64,000 nt of DNA from Anaeramoeba ignava BMAN (Eukaryota > Protista > Anaeramoebae). The translations under genes were made by a program, and so were the position numbers. Below are positions 54,070 through 64,000 of the stretch, piece after piece (the first letter of the stretch is position 1; each line of letters opens with the position of its first letter). The stretch spans positions 248,001-312,000 of the forward strand of contig JAPDFW010000069.1 in NCBI GenBank assembly GCA_028826165.1, written 5' to 3'. The notes below the pieces were generated by a model. The model was given only the letters and a program-made list of their open reading frames with translations, did no database searches and was not told where the DNA came from.

Positions 54070-54110
54070 TTTTTCATTTTTCATTTTTCATTTTTCATTT
54101 TTCATTTTTC
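54070..54110 (+). promoter_or_regulatory. Tandem (tttttca)n initiator-like core-promoter motif (representative copy)
   Basis: Five to six 7-bp copies just upstream of ATG 54125; the same motif precedes nearly all genes on their sense strand. Confidence 0.6.
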
Positions 54111-54124
54111 TCTTTTTTTTAAAA

Positions 54125-57061
54125 ATGTTAGTTATTCCTGAAATCGAATGGACAAAAATAGAACCAACAACACAAACTCCAACTCAAAGATGGGGACATA
54201 GACTAGTTTCTGAAGGAGAAACAGTATACGTTTACGGTGGATATTCACCACCAGACAACAGCTGGTCTAACGATGTGTGGAAATTTGATATGAGAAGCAA
54301 AAAATGGGAAAAATTATCAACAACTGGAACAAAACCTGATGGAATTTTTGGATCAGAAACAGTTTTTTATAATAACAACATTTACGTTTTTGGGGGATCA
54401 TCCGGATTCAGTTACACAAACTCAATAAGCAAACTAGATCTTAAGACAAATAGATGGGAACGGATCAAAGCAAAAGGAAAATTACCGCGTGCAAGATCAC
54501 ATTTGTGTTCGACAGTTTACGAAAACAAGATGATTATTTTTGGCGGTTGGGATAATTGGAATAATTTAAGATTTAACGAAGTTCATTCGTTTGATTTCAA
54601 GACATTGGAATGGGAAGTTTTAGAGCCGAAAGATAAATACAGTATCCCAGGATTAGCCGGACCAACAGCACATCTATTTGGGTCAAAATTGGTTGTATTT
54701 GGCGGCAATTATCTTGAAAAAAACACCCCCAAACGGACAAATGATGTTTTTCTTTTTGATCTTCGAAAGCAAGTGTGGGAAGGTCCTTTGAATGCGCAAG
54801 GAACAAAGCCAAAACCCCGCGCGTCGCATTCAAGTATTCTTTATAAAGACCGTTATCTTTTTATTTATGGCGGTTGGGACGGTAACGAAGCCTTTAAAGA
54901 TTACTGCTATTTTGACTTGATCACAAAGACTTGGTTTCCTATTCATTCTAAGGGGTCAGTCCCCCCTGGTCTTATTGGTCATGGTTCAACTTATCTTCCC
55001 GAGTCAAATAAAATGGTTCTTTTTGCTGGTGATGTTGGAAACAGAAATGCTATTAACGACATGTTCGTTCTTCAGTTTATGAGAATGCAACAAACTATTT
55101 TGGATAATTTTTTTAATACTCGTTTGTTTTGTGATGCGTCTGTTAAATGCGCAAATTTTGTTGAAGTTCCTTATCATCTTTGTATTCTTCAAGCTCGTTG
55201 TCCTAATGATCTTATTTTCCGTTCAGTTGCTCCTTCTTATAAATCTTCTGTTGTTCTTTCTGTTTTGAGATTCTTGTATACTGATATTATTCAGGTTGTT
55301 CCTGATGATATTGAAGCTGTTTTACAATGTGCTGAAAGGCTTGGTTTGTATTCTATGATTGAGAATATGAAAGAAAATCCGAATTTAGAGAATCGTAAGT
55401 TTTTTTTTAAAATGAATTTTTATCCGATTTTAATTTATAATTTTAATTTTAATTTTAAATATAATTTTATAAATGAATTTTATAAATGAATTTTAATTTT
55501 AATTTATAAATGAATTTTTATCCAATTTTAATTTATAAATGAATTTTAAATTATAAATGAATTTTAATTTTGATTTTAATTTATAAATTTAATTTTAATT
55601 TTAATTATAATTTTATAAATGAATTTTATAAATGGATTTTTAATTTTAATTTTAATTTATAAATGAATTTTTATCCGATTTTAATTTATAATTTTAATTT
55701 TAATTTTAAATATAATTTTATAAATTTAATTTTATAAATTTAATTTTATAAATGAATTTTAATTTTAATTTTCAAATGAATTTTTATCCGATTTTAATTT
55801 ATAATTTTAATTTTAATTTTATAAATGAATTTTTATCCGATTTTAATTTATAAATTTAATTTTAATTTTAAATATAATTTTATAAATGAATTTTAATTTT
55901 AATTTTATAAATTTAATTTTATAAATGAATTTTATAAATTTAATTTTATAAATGAATTTTATAAATTTAATTTTATAAATGAATTTTATAAATTTAATTT
56001 TATAAATGAATTTTAATTTTAAATATAATTTTATAAATGAATTTTAATTTTAAATATAATTTTATAAATGAATTTTAAATTATAAATGAATTTTAAATTA
56101 TAAATTTAATTTTAATTTTAATTATAATTTATAAATGAATTTTTATCCGATTTTAATTTATAATTTTAATTTTAATTTTAAATATAATTTTATAAATGAA
56201 TTTTAATTTTAATTTTAATTTATAAATGAATTTTTATCCGATTTTAATTTTTAATTTTAATTTTAAATTATAAATGAATTTTAAATTATAAATGAATTTT
56301 TATCCGATTTTAATTTATAAATTTAATTTTAATTTTAAATATAATTTTAAATTATAAATGAATTTTAAATTATAAATGAATTTTAAATTATAAATGAATT
56401 TTAATTTATAAATGAATTTTTATCCGATTTTAATTTATAAATGAATTTTAAATTATAAATGAATTTTAAATTATAAATGAATTTTAATTTTAATTTATAA
56501 ATGAATTTTTATCCTATTTTAATTTTAATTATAATTTTAATTTATAAATGAATTATTTTTATTTTTCTCATAAAAAAAATAGCAAATTTACTTGCACAAA
56601 AAAAAGGACAATTCAATAAAGTTGCAGAAGATCTAGCACAACTTTATTATGCAGAATCAGGAAAAGATTTCACAATCGAAATAGGATCAACATTATTACC
56701 AATTCATAAACCAATTCTTGCATTAAGATCTGGATTATTTCGAGATATGTTTCTAAGTGTTGTTGATACATCAAACAAAGCACCTGATCCAAGCGGAAGA
56801 AGTGAAGAAACATTAAAAGTTTTAATCAAATTCCTTTATTTTAATTCAATTGATCCAAATGTTCTTAATTTTGACTTGGCTTATGAATTACTTGATGCAG
56901 TTCATTATTATCAACTCCAAGATGATACTTTATTGCAAATTTGTGTCAATTATTTCAAACAAAATTTGAATGAGAAAAATTTTGAATTTGTTCTTGAAAA
57001 AGCTGATACTTTTGATATTGTTGAATTGATTCATTTTATTGAAGAAAATTTTTTAAAATAA
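54125..57061 (+). CDS. Kelch repeats plus two BTB domains (LZTR1-like architecture)
   Basis: Six Kelch repeats (GG..W); BTB1 [21 protein letters not shown]; intron 55395-56582; BTB2 [27 protein letters not shown]. Confidence 0.88.
55395..56582. repeat. Intron of mixed low-complexity repeats with recurring ttttatccgattttaatt
   Basis: About 8-9 copies of the atccgat motif among ataaatgaatttt and aatttt units. Confidence 0.85.
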
Positions 57062-57126
57062 AATCGGAAAAAATTTTAAAAAATAAAAAATTCATTTTTC
57101 TCATTTTTCATTTTAATTTTAAGAAA

Positions 57127-58709
57127 ATGCAAATTTTTGTTAAAACTTTAACAGGAAAAACAATTACTATTGAAATTGATCCAACAGATACAATAGAATT
57201 TTTAAAATACAAAATTTATGAAAGAGAAGAAATTCCAATTTGTGTTCAAAGATTAATTTTTGCAGGAAAACACTTAGAAAATGAAAAAACTTTAAAACAT
57301 TATAATATTCAAAAAGAATCAACAATTCAGCTTCTTATAGGATTAACAGAACTTCCAAATAGTTCAACAGGTATTAAAACATCTGATGGTCAATTTATTT
57401 CAATTGAAAATGCTTGTCCTCATTGTAAATCAGGTGGAACAATTAATAATTTAAAAGCAAAAATTGAAGAAAAATATTCAATTCCTTTTGAAAATCAAAA
57501 ATTATTTTATAATGGAAATCTTTTAGAAAATGATAAAAATACAGTGATTATGAAATGAGTTGTGCTGCTGAAGTATATTTAGATTATGATTTAAAAGATT
57601 TTTCATTTCCAATTTTTATTAAATCATCAAATAACAAAATTTTCAAAGTTTTCTTATTAAATTCTCAAAATCTTCCAAATATTCAATTTAATCATTTAAA
57701 ACAAAAAATTGAATCAATAACAAAAATTCCTAAAAATGAACAAAAACTATTTTACAAAGATGTTGAATTGAAAGATGATAAATCACTTTCAGATTATGAT
57801 ATTTCCAAAGATTCAATAATAGATTTGAAAAACAAATTCCGAAAACAGAAATTGGGTCTTAAAGTAGTGGCTTTAGATCAAACTATGCAAATAATTGAAT
57901 TTTCACCATTTTGTAAAATCAAAAAAATTCGAGAAGAATTAAAAGCTCAAAAATATCTATTTTGGAATAAATCTTTATTTTTTGGAAAATTTATTCTTGA
58001 AGATAAAAAAACAATTTTTGATTATGGAATTGAAAATGGTGATACAATTTATTTATTTATGAAGATTTTTATTGAAATATCTCCAAAAAAAAGAATTGAA
58101 ATTGAATTTGAATTTGAAACAAATTTAACAATTAAAAATATCAAAGAATTATTTCAACAAAAAATGAAAGAAGAATTAATAAATCAAGATTTCTTTATTA
58201 TTTTCAATAATCAAACACTTCAAGATAATCAGAAACTAAATGAATGTGGAATTAGAAATCAATCAATTCTTTCTTATTTAATCAAAATCAATATTCAAGC
58301 TTTAGATGGGAAAATAAATGAATTATTTATTTCACCTTATTTAACAATTAATGAATTTTTAAATGAATTATATTTAAAAGGAATTTCAGAAAAAAATATT
58401 CAATTCAATGATAAATTAATTACAAATTTCCAAAAAGAACAGAAAATAAATGAATGTGGAATTGAAAATCAATCAATTCTTTCCTATTTAATTACAATCA
58501 AAATATTCCAATTAATTGATAAAAGTTATTTTACTATTGATTGTTCTGATAATGAAACTATTCAAAATTTAGAACAAAAAATCAAAAAAGAAAAACAAAT
58601 TGAAAAAGAATTTAAACTAATATTCAATGGAAAAGAACTTGATAAAGAAAAGAAGATTAATGAATATCAAATCAAACATAATTCAATTTTAAGAATGATT
58701 TTCCTTTAA
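57127..58709 (+). CDS. Tandem ubiquitin-like domain protein, copy 1 (1-nt frameshift at about 57538)
   Basis: [35 protein letters not shown] followed by about 6 divergent UBLs. Compared with copy 2 (gataaaaaatac vs gataaaaatac) one A is missing. Confidence 0.8.
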
Positions 58710-58819
58710 TTTATTTTCCACTTTTTTTTTTTAATCTATCAAAAAAAAATTTCCAAAAAATTCATTTTTCATTTTTTTCATTTTTTTCATTTTTATTTTT
58801 AATTTTTTTAAAAAAGAAA

Positions 58820-60609
58820 ATGCAAATTTTTGTTAAAACTTTAACTGGAAGAACAATTACTATTGAAATTGAACCAACAGATACAATAGAACTTTTAAAA
58901 CAAATTATATTTGGAATTGAAAATTTACCAATTTGTGATCAATGGTTAAGATTTTCAGGAAAAGAATTAGAAAATGAAAAAACTTTAGAACAATATAATA
59001 TTCAAAAAGAATCAACAATCCATATTGTTATAAGATTAGATCCTCCAAATAGTTCAACATATATCACAACATCTGATGGTCAATTTATTTCAATTGAAAA
59101 TGCTTGTCCTCATTGTAAATCAGGTGGAACAATTAATAATTTAAAAGCAAAAATTGAAGAAAAATATTCAATTCCTTTTGAAAATCAAAAATTATTTTAT
59201 AATGGAAATCTTTTGGAAAATGATAAAAAATACATTGATTATGAAATGAGTTGTGCTGCTAAAGTATATTTAGATTATGATTTAAAAGATTTTTCATTTC
59301 CAATTTTTATTAAATCATCAAATAACAAAATTTTCAAAGTTTTCTTATTAAATTCTCAAAATCTTCCAAATATTCAATTTAATCATTTAAAACAAAAAAT
59401 TGAATCAATAACAAAAATTCCTAAAAATGAACAAAAACTATTTTACAAAGATGTTGAATTGAAAGATGATAAATCACTTTCAGATTATGGTATCTCTAAA
59501 GATTCAACAATAGATTTGAAAAACGAATGTAAAAAGAAAGAATGGAGTCTTCAAGTGTTTGGCTTAAATAATTCTTCTTCACTAATTCTTATTTCACCAT
59601 TTTGTAAAATCAAACAAATTCGAGAAAAATTAAAAGCTCAAAAATATCCATTTTGGAATAAACCTTTATTTTTTGGAAAATTTATTCTTGAAGATAAAAA
59701 AACAATTTTTGATTATGGGATTGAAAATGATGATAGAATTTATTCATTTATGAAGATTTTTATTGAAATATCTCCAGAAAAAAGAATTGAATTTGAATTT
59801 GAATTTGAAACAAATTTAACAATTAAAAATATCAAAGAATTATTTCAACAAAAAATGAAAGAAGAATTAATAAATCAAGATTTCTTTCTCATTTTCAATA
59901 ATCAAATACTTCAAGATAATCAAAAACTAAATGAATGTGGAATTTTAAATTATTCAGTTATTTCTTATTTAATCAAAATTAATATTCAAGCTTTAGATGG
60001 GAAAATAAATGAATTATTTATTTCACCTTATTTAACAATTAATGAATTTTTAAATGAATTATATTTAAATGGAATTTCAGAAAAAAATATTCAATTCAAT
60101 GATAAATTAATTACAAATTTTCAAAAAGAACAAAAATTAATTGAATTTGGAATTCAAAACGAATCAATTCTCTTTTATTCAATCAAAATCTATATTTTAA
60201 CTTTAAAAGAGAAGATTATTGAATTAATTGTTTCACCTTATTTAACAATTAATGAATTTTTAAATGAATTATATTTAAAAGGAATTTCAGAAAAAAATCT
60301 TCATTTTAATAATAAATTAATTACAAATTTCCAAAAAGAACAAAAATTAATTGAATGCGGAATTGGAAATCAATCAATTCTTTCTTATTTAATTACAATC
60401 AAAATATTCCAATTAATTGATAAAAGTTATTTTACTATTGATTATGTTGATAATGAAACTATTCAAAATTTAGAACAAAAAATCAAAAAAGAAAAACAAA
60501 TTGAAAAAGAATTTAAACTAATATTCAATGGGAAAAGAACTTGATAAACAAAAAGATTAATGAATATCAAATCAAACATAATTCAATTTTAAGAATGATT
60601 TTCCTCTAA
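58820..60609 (+). CDS. Tandem ubiquitin-like domain protein, copy 2 (extra internal UBL; 3' frameshift at about 60530)
   Basis: Close paralog of copy 1 with a duplicated [18 protein letters not shown]; the paralogous stop lies at 60607-60609. Confidence 0.8.
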
Positions 60610-60632
60610 TTTATTCTAATGTGTTTTTTTTT

Positions 60633-61340
60633 TTAAAAATCAGATTCTTCAGAAATTGAATCATGATTTTCATTTTCATTTTCATTTTTTTGATCCCAAT
60701 CTTTCATTTTAGCATCAAGTAAAAAATCATCTCTAAAAACTTCCCATTTTTGATTATTTTGAGGAGAATTTTCTTGAATATTTTTTTGATCTTGATTTTT
60801 TGAAACTTTAACATCTTGAGATTTCAACATTTCAAGAAATTTTCCTTTTGATAATTGTTTTGAATCTAAATCAGAATTTTCAGTTGGGATTGATTGTTGT
60901 TTTTGAATAGCATTGAATAATCTAACAACACCAATAGTTGCTATTCTATTAAGTTTTCTATCGTATTCATCATTTGTAGGAAGTTTATATTGTTTGTTTT
61001 TATTTTCTATTTGAGAAGCTTTAAAAAGTTTTTCTTCTCTTTTTTCTTTTTTTTGTTTTTCAATTTGATTTATTTTTTTTGAACTTGTTTTATTTTGTGA
61101 TAATATTGGTTGATCCACTTTTTTGATGTCCTCATTTAAAATCTGTAATATTTGCGTTTTGAATTGATTTGTTTTTTCTGTTGAATTTTGTTGTTTTTTT
61201 TTCTTGTTGAAATTTTTCTTTTTCTGTTTTTTTTTTCTTCTTTTTTGTTTTGCTTCTTTTATAATTTGTTTAATTTCATCAAATTCATTTTCTGTTTCAA
61301 TTTCTTTTTCTTCTTCAATTTCTTTATTTTTTTTATTCAT
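60633..61340 (-). CDS. RRP15: Ribosomal RNA processing protein 15-like
   Basis: EYDRKLNRIATIGVVRLFNAI, LSKGKFLEML, WEVFRDDF..KMKDWD. Confidence 0.88.
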   Translation of the reverse strand: MNKKNKEIEEEKEIETENEFDEIKQIIKEAKQKRRKKKQKKKNFNKKKKQQNSTEKTNQFKTQILQILNEDIKKVDQPILSQNKTSSKKINQIEKQKKEKREEKLFKASQIENKNKQYKLPTNDEYDRKLNRIATIGVVRLFNAIQKQQSIPTENSDLDSKQLSKGKFLEMLKSQDVKVSKNQDQKNIQENSPQNNQKWEVFRDDFLLDAKMKDWDQKNENENENHDSISEESDF

Positions 61341-61635
61341 AATTTAATTTTAAAAAAAAGAAAAAAATGAAAAAAATAATTTTAAAAAAAAATAAATTTT
61401 TCAAAAAGAAATTTTTAATTGAGAAATGTGTTTAAAAAAAAATTCTCAATCAAATCTCAGGTTTTTGAATTTTAAAATTATTATCTCTTGCATTTTCGAT
61501 CCAAGAAAGTAAAGAATTGTAATTAAATTAAATTTAATTTGGATTACTTTCTCTAAAATAAATGCAGAATAAAAATAAAAATTTAAATTATTTTTTTTTT
61601 TCATTTTTTTCTTTTCATTTTTTTTTTTTAAATAA

Positions 61636-63108
61636 ATGAGAACAAGACAAACAAGAAGAACAAGTAAATTAAATAGAAATTGTGAATATTTTATTGGATA
61701 TGTTGATGATAATGAATCACCAGAAGAAATTATGAGAAAATTTCAAATATTAGAAGAATTACAAAATCAAAATCAAATTCAAAATCAAAATGAAAATCAA
61801 AATCAAAATCAAAATCAAAATAAAAATCAAAATCAAAATCAAAATCAAAATAAAAATCAAAATCAAAATCAAAATCAAAATATAAATCAAAATAAAAATC
61901 AAAATCAAAATCAAAATCAAAATCAAAATCAAATTCAAAATCAAAATCAAATTCAAATTAAAAATCAAATTCAAAATCAAAATCAAAATCAAAATAAAAA
62001 TTTAACAGAAGAACAAATTCAAAAATTATTTACAAAAACAACTTCTTCTTCAATTAAAAATATTTTAAGTCAATATTATCAACCAAATTACGATTTTGAT
62101 TCAAATGATTTTGATTCTAATTTATCTGAAGATTTTATTGAAATTTCAGATGAAAAAATTGAAACCAAATTAAAAAAGAGAGAAAAGAAAAATAAGAAGA
62201 AAAACAAAAAGAAAAAAAGGAAAAAAAGACAAAATAAAATCAAAATAAAAGAAGAAAACAAAGAAATTCAAATGGAAATTGAAAATGAAAATGAAAATCA
62301 AAATCAAATTGAAAATGAAAATCAAATTGAAAAAAAATCAAAACAAAATTTTACAGGATATTTAAATCTTGAAAAATACTTTTCCATGAAAAAAAAGAAA
62401 AAAAACAAAGATGACTCAATATATGAAGTACCGAATAAAATACCACATGGATGGTTTGTAAGAGAGATATCAATTTATAATCCAGAAGAAGAAAAACCAA
62501 CAAAATTTTATTTTGAAGTTTCATCAATTTTGAAACATAAATTTGAAAGAAAAGAATATCAAGCAATTATGATGAATCCACCATGGAAAGAAGAAATTGA
62601 ATTAGAAAAAGAAATGAAGGATGAAAACACGATAGAAAAAGGAGTTAGTGTTTCTGATATATTTGGGATGGAAATAATTTCAAATTTTCAAGGATTTTTA
62701 TTTATTTGGATAACAAATAATAATATGAATGAAGTGCTCAAAAAAGGGATAGAAAATGGGTTTAGATGTGTAGAAACTGTAACATGGATCAAAATCAATT
62801 CTTCAAATGATTTTATGATTCATGAAGTTGGTTCATTTAAATCAGTTAAATCAACGATGTTAATTCTTGTTCATGATAAAGCAAATTTGAAAAATGTTTC
62901 TCATCAAAGAAATTGTGATGTTTTAATTGATATTGAAAGGCCTAAATTTCATAATATTTCCCCTAAACCTCAATATGCTAGAAATATTGTTGAAGATATG
63001 CTTAGTTATTATAAGATTATTGATAATCCTGTGTTTTTAGATTTATGGGTTTCTAGTCCAAATGAATCTAGAAAATTTTGGATTAGTTTTCATGAGAAAG
63101 ATTATTAA
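61636..63108 (+). CDS. MT-A70 family adenine methyltransferase-like protein, probably AMT6/7 (MTA9) clade
   Basis: YQAIMMNPPW, GFLFIWI, GFRCVETVTWIK, HQRNCDVLID, KPQYARNIVEDML, FLDLW; N-terminal YFIGYVDDNESPEEIMRKF. Confidence 0.8.
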   Translation: MRTRQTRRTSKLNRNCEYFIGYVDDNESPEEIMRKFQILEELQNQNQIQNQNENQNQNQNQNKNQNQNQNQNKNQNQNQNQNINQNKNQNQNQNQNQNQIQNQNQIQIKNQIQNQNQNQNKNLTEEQIQKLFTKTTSSSIKNILSQYYQPNYDFDSNDFDSNLSEDFIEISDEKIETKLKKREKKNKKKNKKKKRKKRQNKIKIKEENKEIQMEIENENENQNQIENENQIEKKSKQNFTGYLNLEKYFSMKKKKKNKDDSIYEVPNKIPHGWFVREISIYNPEEEKPTKFYFEVSSILKHKFERKEYQAIMMNPPWKEEIELEKEMKDENTIEKGVSVSDIFGMEIISNFQGFLFIWITNNNMNEVLKKGIENGFRCVETVTWIKINSSNDFMIHEVGSFKSVKSTMLILVHDKANLKNVSHQRNCDVLIDIERPKFHNISPKPQYARNIVEDMLSYYKIIDNPVFLDLWVSSPNESRKFWISFHEKDY

Positions 63109-63134
63109 TCAAACAATAAAACATAAATAAAGCA

Positions 63135-64000
63135 TAATTTAAAATTTAAATCAAAAATAATATTTTATTTAATTATTTATTAAACTTTAAACATAAATTC
63201 TTATTCTATTTAATTAGTTTAAATTAAATTATTTATAAATTATTTATTAATTATAATTTAAATTTTAAATATAAATTTAAATCAAAAATAAATATTATTT
63301 TATTTAATTATTTATTAATTATTTATTAAACTTTAAACATTAATTCTTATTCTATTTATTTATTTAAATTAAATTATTTATAAATTATTTATTAATTATT
63401 ATTTAAATTTTAAATATAAATTTAAATCAAAAATAAATATTATTTTATTTAATTATTTATTAATTATTTATTAAACTTTTAAACATAAAATTCTTTATTT
63501 ATTTATTTATTTAAATTAAATTATTTATAAATTATTTATTAATTATAATTTAAATTTTAAATTTAAATTTAAATCAAAAATAAATATTATTTTATTTAAT
63601 TATTTATTAATTATTTATTAAACTTTAAATATTAAATTCTTATTCTATTTATTTATTTAAATTAAATTATTTATAAATTATTTATTAATTATAATTTAAA
63701 TTTTAAATATAAATTTAAATCAAAAATAAATATTATTTTTATTTTATTATTTATTAATTATTTATTAAACTTTAAATATTAATTCTTATTTTATTTATTT
63801 ATTTAAATTAAATTATTTATAAATTATTTATTAATTATTATTTAAATTTTAAATATAAATTTAAATCAAAAATAAATATTATTTTATTTTTATTATTTAT
63901 TAATTATTTATTAAACTTTAAATATTAAATTCTTATTTTTATTTAATTGTTTAAATTAAATTATTTATAAATTATTTATTAATTATAATTTAAATTTTAA
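63135..64000. repeat. About 146-bp AT-rich tandem array, family C (runs off the window end)
   Basis: aaacttt anchor at about 63182, 63328, 63473, 63620, 63768 and 63914. Confidence 0.9.

Overview
Very AT-rich eukaryotic nuclear DNA with spliceosomal introns, NQ/NE-repeat proteins and BTB-type genes. The style suggests an anaerobic metamonad protist such as Anaeramoeba (inference only). Manual splicing gives about 18 protein genes: Furry/TAO3-like (partial), a coiled-coil/TM protein, an RRM protein, RanBP1, a 48-aa TM microprotein missing from the ORF track, Nup155, Arf6, BTB-TLDc, a roughly 2,900-aa beta-propeller/Ig-like/STRA6-like receptor, Rac, a 9-exon BTB-coiled-coil-ARM-Rab fusion, INTS6, G-alpha, WD40-BAR-SH3, Kelch-BTB-BTB, two poly-UBL genes, RRP15 and an MT-A70 protein. 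Notable structure: (1) a 19-kb block bounded by near-identical inverted modules (144-bp array plus about 165-bp tail), each pointing into a BTB gene; (2) several intergenic satellites with periods of 144-147 bp; (3) a sharp A-to-T switch of synonymous sites near the middle of exons that resets after long introns; (4) a TTTCATTTT initiator-like motif before nearly every gene; (5) a Nup155 intron with no in-phase GT donor. Several homopolymer frameshifts are probably assembly errors. No intein, transposase, tRNA, rRNA or CRISPR was recognised.
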